Of a stretch of 64,000 nt of DNA, positions 1-10,265 are shown in pieces (the first letter of the stretch is position 1; the number at the start of each line of letters is the position of its first letter). The position numbers and the translations under genes are program-made. This stretch comes from an uncultured Methanosarcinaceae archaeon. Its GTDB lineage: Archaea > Halobacteriota > Methanosarcinia > Methanosarcinales > Methanosarcinaceae. The stretch spans positions 256,001 to 320,000 of the forward strand of contig CAVSHT010000003.1 in assembly GCA_963727895.1 (NCBI GenBank), in the 5' to 3' direction. The notes beneath the pieces were generated by a model, which was given only the letters and a program-made list of their open reading frames with translations, was not told the origin of the DNA and did no database searches.

Positions 1-141
1 TAATGACTGAAATCTAAACTTTGCACCAGTAAATTGGAAAGTTGTTGAAAGCGTAGCTTCTTCTCTGAGTTGGTGCTGTATTGCTATTGTGTAAATATAT
101 ATTAGGTGCAGGTTCCGTGAACTGGAATATCACAGAGGACA

Positions 142-732
142 TTGATAATGAAACCTGTAAAAAGCGGAATTGATTCCATCTCAAAATATCTCCGCTCGAA
201 AAAAGAAGTTGGCAGGCGGAAAATAGGACTTTTAGTGGATGGTCCTAATATTCTCCGAAAAGAATTTGACGTAAATCTTGAGGAGATAAGAGACGTCCTG
301 AAAGATTATGGAAACATCAAAATAGGGCGCGTTTTCCTTAACCAGTACGCCTCTGACAAGCTTGTGGAAGCTATAGAAAATCATGGGCTTGAGCCTATAA
401 TTTGTTCCAGCGACGTTGATGTACGTCTCGCAGTAGAAGGTATGGAGCTGGTATATAATCCTAATATTGACACTCTTGCTATTGTAACCAGGGATGCAGA
501 CTTCAAACCGTTGTTAAATAAAGCAAACGAACACGGCAAAGAAACCATCATTTTCGGGGTTGAACCCGGGTTTTCTACCGCGCTCAAGAATTCTGCTGAC
601 TATGTTATTCTTATGAAAAAAGACAAGATGAGTAGTTATGACGAGTCCGATGGGATGAGTTCAGGTGAAAGAAAAGTTAATACATCGGAATATCAAGACG
701 GGATGTATGAGGAATCCATAGAAAAGACGTAA
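142..732 (+). CDS. NYN domain protein (TIGR00288/LabA-DUF88-like)
   Basis: VDGPN motif, DVDVRLAVEG and TRDADFKPL acidic motifs of the NYN/PIN fold; start may be ATG at 148. Confidence 0.85.
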   Translation: MIMKPVKSGIDSISKYLRSKKEVGRRKIGLLVDGPNILRKEFDVNLEEIRDVLKDYGNIKIGRVFLNQYASDKLVEAIENHGLEPIICSSDVDVRLAVEGMELVYNPNIDTLAIVTRDADFKPLLNKANEHGKETIIFGVEPGFSTALKNSADYVILMKKDKMSSYDESDGMSSGERKVNTSEYQDGMYEESIEKT

Positions 733-760
733 TTCCGCCTTTATCATACTTTTTCATTTT

Positions 761-1738
761 TTAAAGGTAATCAACACTTATGCCCAGGATCTCTTTTTCT
801 CCGGCAAAGACATCCCGTGCTATTTCGGCACATCCGATTGCAGCGTGCCACTTCCCAAGGCACTGACATTCTTGTCCCAGATGTGCATGAATTTTTTTCT
901 GCACATATTCAAATTCTCCTACAGACCCTGCAAGAAATATTTCTCCTCTTGTTTCGTAGTCTTTGAGAAGAAGCTGCATTGAAACGATCTCCATAGCCGC
1001 AAATAATGCAATAGTATCTAGAGCGAGGAGGGCAGGACTTTCTCCTTTCATGGCTGCACTAAGCAATTCCTCTCTGTCTTTATATGGAGTCATTTTCAGA
1101 GTTCCTGCTTCTATGAAAGCCTGATTTGCAGTAATGTACCCGCTGTCCACATCTCTAATAGCTTGCAAATCAAGAGGACCATGATGAACACCTGGAGCGA
1201 ATATGCAGGCATCAATTGCACCAATTACCTTGCTATTGGCTATGGCAAGAGTAACAGTGTTTGAGCTTATATCGGATACCACGAAATTCTTATAGCCAAG
1301 GCAAAAAATGTGGTAAGCAATTCCAAGCTTTTCTGGGCTTGTAAGGTGGGAAAATACTTTCATTCTAGAATCTACTTTGCTATCTTTATGAATACCAGGG
1401 ATTGCTATCGCCGAAATTCCAGAGTTTCGGATGGCATCAAAAACTCTTGTTCCTCCTCCTGTCTTTTTCCCGGCTCCTTCAATACTCTTAAGTCCTCTTC
1501 CTTCCAGGCTCTTAACATCCTTTATTGTTGAAAAGCCATCCCCCATCGAGTACGTTAGTGCGATCAGATCAATTGCTTCACGCCGTACTCCTAAATTATT
1601 CTCAAGAGAGGTCAGAATCTCATTTTCAGACATGGCAGCTGCTTCAGATCTCTCAAGCTCAAAGGTCTGGATTTTTTCTCCTTCTATTAGAGCAAAACGC
1701 ATTGCAGTTGTGCCATGATCAATCCCTATAAATGCCAA
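761..1738 (-). CDS. Methanogenesis marker protein 12 (ASKHA-like fold)
   Basis: N-terminal FIGIDHGTTAMRF, YSMGDG, GAGKKTGGGTRVFD, SPEKLG; 325 aa. Confidence 0.8.
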   Translation of the reverse strand: MAFIGIDHGTTAMRFALIEGEKIQTFELERSEAAAMSENEILTSLENNLGVRREAIDLIALTYSMGDGFSTIKDVKSLEGRGLKSIEGAGKKTGGGTRVFDAIRNSGISAIAIPGIHKDSKVDSRMKVFSHLTSPEKLGIAYHIFCLGYKNFVVSDISSNTVTLAIANSKVIGAIDACIFAPGVHHGPLDLQAIRDVDSGYITANQAFIEAGTLKMTPYKDREELLSAAMKGESPALLALDTIALFAAMEIVSMQLLLKDYETRGEIFLAGSVGEFEYVQKKIHAHLGQECQCLGKWHAAIGCAEIARDVFAGEKEILGISVDYL

Positions 1739-1760
1739 TTACTTGTCTCTCCTTTATGCC

Positions 1761-2123
1761 TCAGAGGGCAGTTTTTAAGACTTCATTAAGCTCATCCATA
1801 ATTATTTCTCCCTCTTCAGCGGTCCCAACTGTTGTCACCAATCTTATTTCTTGGAAGCTCCGACCTTCAGAGAGCAATAACCTTAAATTTCCTCTGGCAT
1901 CTGCACGCAATACCTTTCCGGTAAGACTTCCTCCTGCAGTGCCTTTTACAGAAATTACGGATGGGATTATCTTTTTTATCTCAGAGTGCTGACTTACAAG
2001 TTTTACAAGCTTTTTACCAGCCCTTCCTCCGATAATTGTTGCATGGGCTCCACCAAGTTTATTTTTATAGGATCTTTGCGCGTTTTCTTGTAATTTACTT
2101 TTATTTTCTGTCATTCTAGTCAA
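1761..2123 (-). CDS. DUF2103 family protein
   Basis: KLGGAHATIIGGRAG N-terminus and DARGNLRLLLSEGRSFQEIRLVTT. Confidence 0.7.
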   Translation of the reverse strand: MTRMTENKSKLQENAQRSYKNKLGGAHATIIGGRAGKKLVKLVSQHSEIKKIIPSVISVKGTAGGSLTGKVLRADARGNLRLLLSEGRSFQEIRLVTTVGTAEEGEIIMDELNEVLKTAL

Positions 2124-2401
2124 ACCGGTAACCTATTCTTCTAACAATTTTTCCTTATCTTATTTATCCCTTTTTATATTTATCATGTGTCTATTTATCC
2201 GATTTAACTCTCGCAACATTAAAATTCTAAGGAAGTCTCTCTTGTGATTACTATTCTCTACAAAAGGTTTGAACTGAAGCTAGAAGCTATAAAAATAAGA
2301 CATTCCAGAATCCTTACACACAAATGAATCTGCAGGAATCTGGATCTTTTGGTTATTTTTAAAAATTGCCTTATTTTCCGGAAAACCCGTTTTCTTTAAA
2401 A

Positions 2402-2839
2402 TTAAATCTTTTCAAGTTCTTTCATACTTATGAGTTTGATGCCATCTTCTTCAAGTGTTTTTATTGCTTTTTCAATATCATTCACTCTTACTATTAGAAG
2501 GGCGTTTTGATCTCTAGTGACAAAGGCATATGCATAATCAATGTTGATCTTAACTTTTCCGAACACTTCTGCAATATGGGACATGCTACCAGGAACGTCC
2601 TCCATTTCGATTCCCAGTACGGTCGTTTCCGAAACTGTAAATCCTGCATCATGGAGTACACTGTGCGCATAATCAGATCTGTCCACAACCATGCGGATTA
2701 TTCCAAAGTCTCCTGACTCGGCAATGGTAAATGCCCTTATATTTATACCAGCGCTTTTCAATTTATTTGCAACGTTTGCGAGTCTACCAGGTTTATTTTC
2801 CGCAAAGAGGGAAATCTGCTTTATTATTTTATCTTCCAT
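2402..2839 (-). CDS. ACT-domain protein (tandem ACT, PaaK-associated)
   Basis: QISLFAENKPGRLA...GINIRAFTIAE; second ACT repeat EDVPGSM...INIDYAYAF; directly downstream of the paaK-like gene. Confidence 0.85.
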   Translation of the reverse strand: MEDKIIKQISLFAENKPGRLANVANKLKSAGINIRAFTIAESGDFGIIRMVVDRSDYAHSVLHDAGFTVSETTVLGIEMEDVPGSMSHIAEVFGKVKINIDYAYAFVTRDQNALLIVRVNDIEKAIKTLEEDGIKLISMKELEKI

Positions 2840-3102
2840 TCCAGCACCCTTGTCCTTATATTGCTTGTTCGTATTCTCTTACCTTTTTTAATTAGTATAG
2901 GTATAAGCTTCTATGTATATTTTAATCTTACATGCTTTTTTCAGTCTTTTACAGTTAGTTAGTTAGTTAGTTAGTTTATTTTGCACTTAATAATTTGCTG
3001 TTACATCTTATATTCTGGGTTGATGAAAAATTCGAAAAAAATAGGTAAAAAATTGAAGCTGCAAGAATTCTAAATTCTGCAGTTTTTGAATCGATAACGC
3101 TC

Positions 3103-4407
3103 TCAAATCTTTCGCTTGTCGATAACTTTCTTTGATTTTCCTTCCGAGCGAGGTAAGAAACCATGTTCTACCAGTTCTACTTCGACTGCAAGATTTAGTA
3201 CGCTTTTAAGGGCACTTGCAATATTCTTTTTAAGTTTCATTATGTCTGATATTTTATCACTAAATGCAGATTCATGCATCTCTATCTGAACTGTCATGGT
3301 ATCAAGAGGCCCAATTCTATCTACAATTATCATGAAATGATTCCCAACTTCAGGGATTTTCATAAGAACTGATTCGATCTGCCCAGGGAATACGTTAATT
3401 CCACGCACGATAATCATATCATCTGAACGTCCACTAATGCGTGTAATTCTTGGATGAGTTCTCCCGCACACGCAGGGCTCTGAAAGCTTTCGAGTTAGGT
3501 CTCTTACTCTATAGCGAATTAGAGGAAGAGCTTCTTTAGCAAGGGTTGTTATGACTAGTTCTCCAAGTTCACCATCAGGAACAGGTTCACCTGTATTTGG
3601 GTCAAGGATTTCAACAAGGAATTTGTCTGCCCATATATGAATCCCACATTGTTCTGAACATTCGGTAAAAAGAGGGCCGCTCATTTCTGAGGTTCCATAA
3701 ATATCATAAGCTTTAATCCCAGATTCATTTTCTATACGTTTTTTTAGTTCCTCAGACCAGGGTTCGGCTCCAAAAAATCCTCTTTTTAATTTCGTGTCGT
3801 ACCTGATGCTAATGCCTTCTTTTCTTGCAGTCTCAATCATGTATAGAAAGTAAGAAGGTGTGCAGGCTATAGCAGTGACTTCAAGGTCTCTCATTAGTTC
3901 AAGTTGACGTTCTGTATTTCCAGAACTTGTAGGAAGTACGGTTGCACCTAGCTTTTCACTGCCATAATGGGCACCTAAACCACCTGTAAAAAGTCCATAA
4001 CCGTAACTTACCTGAAGAATATCATCTTTACCCATTCCTACAGAAGTAAAGCCCCTTGCAAGAGATTCTGCCCATTCGTCTATATCTTTCTGGGTATACC
4101 CTACGACTGTCGGTTTGCCTGTTGTACCTGAAGAGGCATGATAACGAGCGAGTTTCGAATTCGGAACACAAAACATGCCATTTGGATAGGTATCTCTGAG
4201 ATCCTGCTTGATTGTAAAAGGTAATTTTCTTACATCTTCAAGAGTTTGGATGTCTTCAGGCTTAACACCATGCTCGTCGAACTTTTTTCTATAAAAAGGG
4301 GAGTTTTCATACACATAATGTACAAGTTGCTTCAACTTTTCTTCTTGCAGCTTTTTTAAGTCCTCTGCGGGCATTGTCTCGATTTCAGGGTCCCAGTATT
4401 CTGGCAT
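3103..4407 (-). CDS. paaK: Phenylacetate--CoA ligase family protein
   Basis: HASSGTTGKPT P-loop, YGYGLFTGGLG, DIYGTSEM, RYRVRD, GRSDDMIIVRGINVFP; ATG at 4407 preferred over TTG at 4446. Confidence 0.9.
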   Translation of the reverse strand: MPEYWDPEIETMPAEDLKKLQEEKLKQLVHYVYENSPFYRKKFDEHGVKPEDIQTLEDVRKLPFTIKQDLRDTYPNGMFCVPNSKLARYHASSGTTGKPTVVGYTQKDIDEWAESLARGFTSVGMGKDDILQVSYGYGLFTGGLGAHYGSEKLGATVLPTSSGNTERQLELMRDLEVTAIACTPSYFLYMIETARKEGISIRYDTKLKRGFFGAEPWSEELKKRIENESGIKAYDIYGTSEMSGPLFTECSEQCGIHIWADKFLVEILDPNTGEPVPDGELGELVITTLAKEALPLIRYRVRDLTRKLSEPCVCGRTHPRITRISGRSDDMIIVRGINVFPGQIESVLMKIPEVGNHFMIIVDRIGPLDTMTVQIEMHESAFSDKISDIMKLKKNIASALKSVLNLAVEVELVEHGFLPRSEGKSKKVIDKRKI

Positions 4408-4903
4408 TTTTTCACACTCTGTATATCTTGTATTCTGGGCTTTCAATATTAGGCCAGATATTATTGAATTTATTTGAATCTATTATTTGTGTCCTGTCAA
4501 GGGAATGTTTTAATCTCGGTTCTTTTTAATATTACTTTCTTACCCGAGTTTCATCTAAGTAGTCTAGCATTATTTCGAGTGGATATATTCTTTCAAAAAA
4601 TATAATATGAAAATTAACTGTATTAATATGAAAGTTAAGATAGATTCTAATATAAATATTAGATGTTAGGCTAAAAAAGATTTTTTTAAGTAAATCTACA
4701 GTTGATTCCATAATAATTAAAAGGCTGTAGAGCATCCAAACTCTGATTTTTAAGTTGCCTGGTAAGTTCACTACTTTTTAATTTAATTAATTTAGTTGGA
4801 TTCAGTGTCTATAATATTTTAACATTTACAAAACTTTATCTTATGCTTTGAAGTAAGGACTTCTAACTCTTATTCTGAGTATCTCTTTCTATTATTTCAA
4901 TAA

Positions 4904-5911
4904 TCACTCATTCTCAAACTCTTTTATTTCATCATTAAAAGATATCTCTTTTGACTTTCCTTTAAGTGATACTTCTAATATTTTCTTTGTTTCTTCTCTG
5001 CACTTATTCAACACTTCGTTCATGTCAGCTATTACATCAATTCCTGCAGCTCCTGAATGTCCACCGCCAGTGCCATTATATTCGTTACTGATATTTTCCA
5101 TTATTTGGCCAAGATTAACTCCAGCATTTACAGCATCACGTTTTGCTCTTGCACTTATTCTTACACTTTCACCTTTAGTAGTACCAACAAAAGCAACATC
5201 TGCACCGATGTTAATGAGCATGGAAGATGCGGAGCCTCCAAAAGAGCTGACATGGGAGGATGCAATTAACATTTCCTCTACTCTATCGAGTTCCAAACGA
5301 CTTGCAGCTTTCAGGATAGCTATTCGCATGGAAATATCCTGTGGGGTAGCAGCCATCAGGTCTAAAACTTCTCCGTATTCTACTCCACTATCCTCTATTA
5401 TTTTTGCTACTGTCTTAAATGTGTCCGCCGATGCATGTTTAAAATGTCCGGTATCTGTTACAATTCCTGTGAGCATTCCAATTCCAACTCGTCGGTTAAT
5501 CGGTGCTCCCATTTCTTTTAAGATATTGTAAACTATTTCTACTGTAGAAGTACTGTTTCTGTGTAAAAAAAACTCGGAATTTTCGGTAAGAGCCGTAGTT
5601 GTATGATGATCAATCACACAATACTTTGTTATTTCCATATCATTTAATTGAGCCTTTGTCGAAGTATCAACCACTACAACAAAACCGTAATCAGCTGGAT
5701 TGGGCTTATCTACAATTTCAATTCTAAGTCTTTCTATAAGTACAGAAGCTACACGGTTACAGCCATCCACAAGTCCAACAGTACCACCTATCGCTTCTGA
5801 AAGGGCAAAAGCACTGCTAATCGCATCCGGATCTGCATTCCGGTGGCACAAATACAAAATATCTCGATAGTCAAGGAGCCGGTTGAAAAACTCCGCTTCA
5901 TTAACTTCCAT
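4904..5911 (-). CDS. DHH/DHHA1 family phosphoesterase
   Basis: HRNADPDA, VVVD, IDHH, GIVTDTGHF, GGGHSGAAG motifs. Confidence 0.9.
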   Translation of the reverse strand: MEVNEAEFFNRLLDYRDILYLCHRNADPDAISSAFALSEAIGGTVGLVDGCNRVASVLIERLRIEIVDKPNPADYGFVVVVDTSTKAQLNDMEITKYCVIDHHTTTALTENSEFFLHRNSTSTVEIVYNILKEMGAPINRRVGIGMLTGIVTDTGHFKHASADTFKTVAKIIEDSGVEYGEVLDLMAATPQDISMRIAILKAASRLELDRVEEMLIASSHVSSFGGSASSMLINIGADVAFVGTTKGESVRISARAKRDAVNAGVNLGQIMENISNEYNGTGGGHSGAAGIDVIADMNEVLNKCREETKKILEVSLKGKSKEISFNDEIKEFENE

Positions 5912-6045
5912 TATCCACTCTGGCTATCGTTTATATAGGTATCAATCTCCTCGAATTCAATAATTTCGAGATTTCTGCATAACTTATATGATTTTTGGCA
6001 AAGCTGATTTTATTTCCTATTTTCATGTTTGAAAATAAAAAATAA

Positions 6046-6399
6046 TTATTGCGCTCTTGTACCCAAAACCTGCTGAAGCTGCTCTTGAAGCTGTTTAAAG
6101 CGAGATGTGAGTCTTTCTTCCTGCCTGGAGATTGACTGAAGCCTGAGTGATAGAGTTTCTTCTCTGTCTTTTAGTTTTGCAATGGAATCTTCTCTGGTTG
6201 TTTTTATCACCAGTTCCCCTACATTGCGATAGATCACTGCATCATCAGTAAGCCTTTCGAGTTCGTCAAGAGCCATCTTTGACTCTTTTTGCATAGCTTC
6301 AATCTGTGATTTTTGCATAGCCAGAGCTTGTATCTGTTGCTGTATCTGCTGAAGCTGTGCTATCTGGTTCTGAACTTGGGGGGGTAATTCTGCAGTCAT
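6046..6399 (-). CDS. pfdB: Prefoldin subunit beta
   Basis: ELPPQVQNQIAQLQQ start, coiled coil, IYRNVGELVIK hairpin; 117 aa. Confidence 0.93.
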   Translation of the reverse strand: MTAELPPQVQNQIAQLQQIQQQIQALAMQKSQIEAMQKESKMALDELERLTDDAVIYRNVGELVIKTTREDSIAKLKDREETLSLRLQSISRQEERLTSRFKQLQEQLQQVLGTRAQ

Positions 6400-6820
6400 G
6401 TAATTTTCACCTGAGTCTTCAATAAACCTGAAGGGATTTTAATGTTTCTGTCCTTGCAGCTTTCGAAAATCTTCCTTTGCCACCATTAAACTACAACTAC
6501 TTTATATAAATCTGAACAATGGGTTAATCTTAATAAGTATACAGTGTAATAATTATTGATCTGAACTGAACATGACTTAATTATATAACTTAATTAATTC
6601 CCAATATGGGGATTATGAAGATAACTTGCTAAGGAATAATTATAAAAGTTATTTCCCTTTTATTATAAAAGTCATTTCTCTGATGAACGATTGTAATAAA
6701 TAATTTAAAACGAATAATCATAAATGAATAATTATAATTATTCTCATTAACTTATACTTAGTTCCATTAAAATCAATTTCACATTTAATAAATTTATTAC
6801 TGTACAGGAGATATCCGAAA

Positions 6821-7894
6821 ATGGAAAAAAGTGTAAATCTTAGAGAAATAAAATCTCTTCTTGAGAAATTCACAAATGCTCATGGCATCTCAGGCTCTGA
6901 ATCTGATATAAGAGAACTTCTTGAAAAGGAAATTGAGCCTTATGTTGATACAATCCGAAAAGATTGCATGGGGAACCTTATAGCTGTCAAAAAAGGGGAA
7001 GGTCCTTCCATAATGCTGGCTGCTCATATGGATGAAATCGGGCTCATGGCCAGGTATATTGATGATAATGGTTTCCTAAGGTTTGTCGGGATTGGAGGAT
7101 GGTTTGATCAGACTCTTCTTAACCAACGAGTTGTAGTTCATGGAAAGAAGGGTTCAATTCCAGGAGTTATCGGTTCCAAGCCTCCTCATGTAATGAAAGA
7201 CGAAGACCGGAAAAAGCCTGTAAAGCTTGATGATATGTTTATCGATATCGGAGCAAAAGACAGGGAAGATGCTGAGAACCTGGGAATTGAGATTGGTACG
7301 CCAGTCTCTATCGACCGAGAATTTGTGTCTCTGGCAAACGGAAAAATAACTTCCAAAGCCCTTGACAACCGTGCAGGCGTTGTGATCCTGCTTGAGGTTA
7401 TGAAACGGCTTTCCAAACATAAAATTGAAGCAAATATCTATGCTGTAGGGACTGTTCAAGAAGAGGTCGGATTGAAGGGAGCAAGAACCTCTGCTTTTGG
7501 AATTTATCCCAATGTTGCGCTTGCCCTTGATACTACCATTCCTGGAGATCATCCCGGTATAAGTAAAACCGATTCTTGCCTGGAACTTGGGAAAGGTCCT
7601 GTAATTACTGTAGCTGATGCTTCTGGAAGAGGACTTATAGCTCATCCTCAGGTCCTCAAATGGCTTAAAGAAACTGCTGTTGAACATGAAATTCCCTATC
7701 AGCTGGGCGTTGGGTCAGGGGGCACAACCGATGCAACCTCAATACACCTTACAAGAGAAGGTATTCCTACAGGTACCGTCAGCATAGCCACCAGATACAT
7801 CCATTCCCCTGTTGAGGTTTTGGACACGGCAGATATTGAATCATGTGTTTCTCTCATTGTAGAAGCAATCAAAAACATAAACAAGTATTTCTAA
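6821..7894 (+). CDS. M42 family metallopeptidase (TET-like)
   Basis: AAHMDEIG, KALDNRAG, VQEEVGLKGA, GGTTDA, RYIHSPVE; GGAG RBS. Confidence 0.92.
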   Translation: MEKSVNLREIKSLLEKFTNAHGISGSESDIRELLEKEIEPYVDTIRKDCMGNLIAVKKGEGPSIMLAAHMDEIGLMARYIDDNGFLRFVGIGGWFDQTLLNQRVVVHGKKGSIPGVIGSKPPHVMKDEDRKKPVKLDDMFIDIGAKDREDAENLGIEIGTPVSIDREFVSLANGKITSKALDNRAGVVILLEVMKRLSKHKIEANIYAVGTVQEEVGLKGARTSAFGIYPNVALALDTTIPGDHPGISKTDSCLELGKGPVITVADASGRGLIAHPQVLKWLKETAVEHEIPYQLGVGSGGTTDATSIHLTREGIPTGTVSIATRYIHSPVEVLDTADIESCVSLIVEAIKNINKYF

Positions 7895-8102
7895 AATTCC
7901 CTTGTGAGAATAACTCTCTAGTTTCAAGCAAGAGCTGCATAGACTTTGCTCCGTATGTTGCGGGAAAACTCTTTCAGTTCTGTTTTTTTCACTGGTTCTC
8001 TCATTTTAAAATTTTAGTGTTATCGCGACATCAGACAGATATTATTTTTTCTTTTTATAAAAATTAGATATAATGCTGGAAACTAGTGCATTGACTCTAA
8101 AG

Positions 8103-8220
8103 TATGTCAAAAATGAAGTTTATGAAAACCACTTAAAGCACAGAAGATACGGGAATAAGTAGTAAAGGCGTGATTCGTCCCTGCTTTCCGCGCTTCCGTG
8201 TTACAGAATTTCAGTGACAT
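8103..8220. repeat. Degenerate inverted-repeat element (MITE-like)
   Basis: ATGTCA...TGACAT ends and partially self-complementary internal arms (ACCAC...GCACAGAAG / CTTTCCGCGCTTCCGTG). Confidence 0.35.
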
Positions 8221-8260
8221 TAAATAATATTTGCGTCATAATCTGTAATTAATTTCTTAT

Positions 8261-8392
8261 TGAGTCAATCCCAAAACCAACTTTATTCTCAAAATCTTAA
8301 AATTTTCAGAATTGCTTTCATAATCTGAAGCTCAAGTAATTATTGCAAATTCGAGATCTAAATAAGCGATTTTGAGTTTTGGGATAGGCTCA
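8261..8392. mobile_element. ~130-bp MITE-like element, copy A
   Basis: Terminal inverted repeats TGAGTCAATCCCAAAAC / GTTTTGGGATAGGCTCA, non-coding, homologous along its length to 22447-22576 in inverted orientation. Confidence 0.75.
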
Positions 8393-8448
8393 TATTATGT
8401 ATTTATTTGAAAATCGATACACGGTTATAATTAATTTTAAAACATAAA

Positions 8449-9116
8449 CTATGCAATATCATACAATTTGAGGTAAATTTTTAGATCTTCATCATATTCT
8501 TTTTGATCAGCTGATACCAGGTCTTCAGTTACAAAATCATGATATTTATTATAAATATCATATGTACGGTAAGTACATGTAATTTTGTGGTTTTTCCAAT
8601 CTAAATTTATATCAATATCTCCTTCTCCCTCAATAAATAATTCAAAACCAGTATTTGCTCTAAATAAATACTTATTAGTGTATGCTACAAAAAGTTTAGC
8701 TACATCTAAAGCATCTTCTACTTCCTCTTTACTAGGATAAATGTATTCATGTTCTAAAAAATTTCTTTTTCTGTTTATTTTTTTCAAAATTTCTGGGGAA
8801 ATAATTCCAATGCTATTCAAGAAATTGACTTTATCAGGAAAATGCCATTTTTTGACCTTTCAGATACACCAACTCCAATTAATAAGGAATCTAATTGAGA
8901 ATCAATAGCTCTTTTGGTATTAGATAAGCAGTTAATTAAGTGATGATCATATTGAGCTGTTAAATCACAGTCAGCAAATTTAAGAAATTCACTTGGTGAT
9001 ATTTCAAAATTTGTCTCAATATTTTCAAACATATAAGTATTAACATTATCTGAGACTTCAGATGTGTTCATAAATGAATATAAAAAATCCAAATTAACTT
9101 TAACCACTAACATCAC
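8449..9116 (-). pseudogene. Hypothetical protein with HEPN-like RxxxxH motif, split by a 1-nt A-tract frameshift near 8850
   Basis: The two overlapping ORFs join as ...ERSKKWHFPDKVNFLNSIGIISPEILKKINRKRNFLEHEY if one A is restored. Confidence 0.55.
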
Positions 9117-9525
9117 TCTGAAATTTAATTCTTAAAAATACAAAGAGCTTCAATGTCCTTTAGTTTCTTCAGGTATGTCTTACAACATAGCAATTAAAGC
9201 TATAGAGACAGTGACATATATAATTAAATTACTTATAGTTATTTTCTCGTCCTCCTGTGATTTAGTCTGTTAGAGAATTTAAAAACAACTCCTTTAGTCA
9301 GAATCATCTTTGATTTCATCTGACTGTACACAGGACACTTAACAATAATATAAGTCATATATTTTATAAAACAGTTTCTAAAAAATCATTGAAAAAGAAG
9401 AAAAATAGTAAATGAAGTGAATTAATAAAGTTTTACCTTTCCCCTTAGCTACCCAGAGCAAAGAATATACCAGCTACAGCAAAGATTAAAGCGACTTCAA
9501 ATATAAGAAAGTCATAAATTATTTT

Positions 9526-10265
9526 GGCATTGGTACACAAAAATAGATATATGTGCTTATAACATATATTTCTTCATGAACTGCCCAAAATGTAATAGTT
9601 CCAGTCACAAAAAGAACGGTATAGTTGGCGGGCGTCAACGGTACAAATGCTCTGATTGTGGATATAACTATACAGTAGAGCTAAAATCAACTGCTTTTTC
9701 CGCTTCTGTAAAAAGACAAGCTTTACAACTCTATCTTGAAGGATTAGGCTTTCGTTCAATAGGAAGAGTTTTAGGGGTAAGTCATGTTTCTGTCCAAAAA
9801 TGGATAAAGAAATTTGGTCAGGAGTTAGAGGCCCTAAAAAGTGAAAATGAGATATCTATTGTTGAAATGGATGAGCTGCACACTTACATCGGTAACAAAA
9901 AAAATATTGCTGGATCTGGATTGCTGTTGATAGAGTTGGGAAAAAGTTCATCAACTGCTCTTTTGGTAGCAGAGGAACGGAAACTGGAAAACTACTCTGG
10001 GAAAAAATGAATAAAGAATACATTGGAGAAATGATGACAGATCACTGGAGAGCATATGCAGAGTTTCTTCCAGAAAAGAATCATACTCAATCAAAAGCAG
10101 AAACATTTACAGTTGAGGGATATAACAGCATATTGAGGCATTTTCTAGCAAGATTAAGAAGAAAGACAAAGTGTTATACGAAGAGTCTTGAAATGCTAAA
10201 GTACTCGGTTATTCTATTGATGAAATACAGAAATAAAGAGTTAACTATATTTAGATACTAATACC
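9526..10265 (+). mobile_element. IS1 family element, copy 1 (older, degenerate)
   Basis: InsA zinc ribbon CPKC...CSDC plus HTH, InsB DDE part (EMDELH, MTDHW, VEGYNS); TIRs GGCATTGGTAC.../...ATACTAATACC; extra frameshift near 10007; no clean TSD. Confidence 0.9.

Noticed and set aside
4532..4771. 79-aa ORF and similar AT-rich ORFs (25095, 25735, 44066, 49552, 56389)
   Set aside because: Low-complexity F/I/L/K-rich translations of intergenic DNA without RBS or recognisable motifs
5022..5531. Long antisense ORFs (e.g. 5022-5531, 7154-7687, 22741-23160) and alternate-frame ORFs
   Set aside because: Shadows of well-supported genes on the other strand or frame
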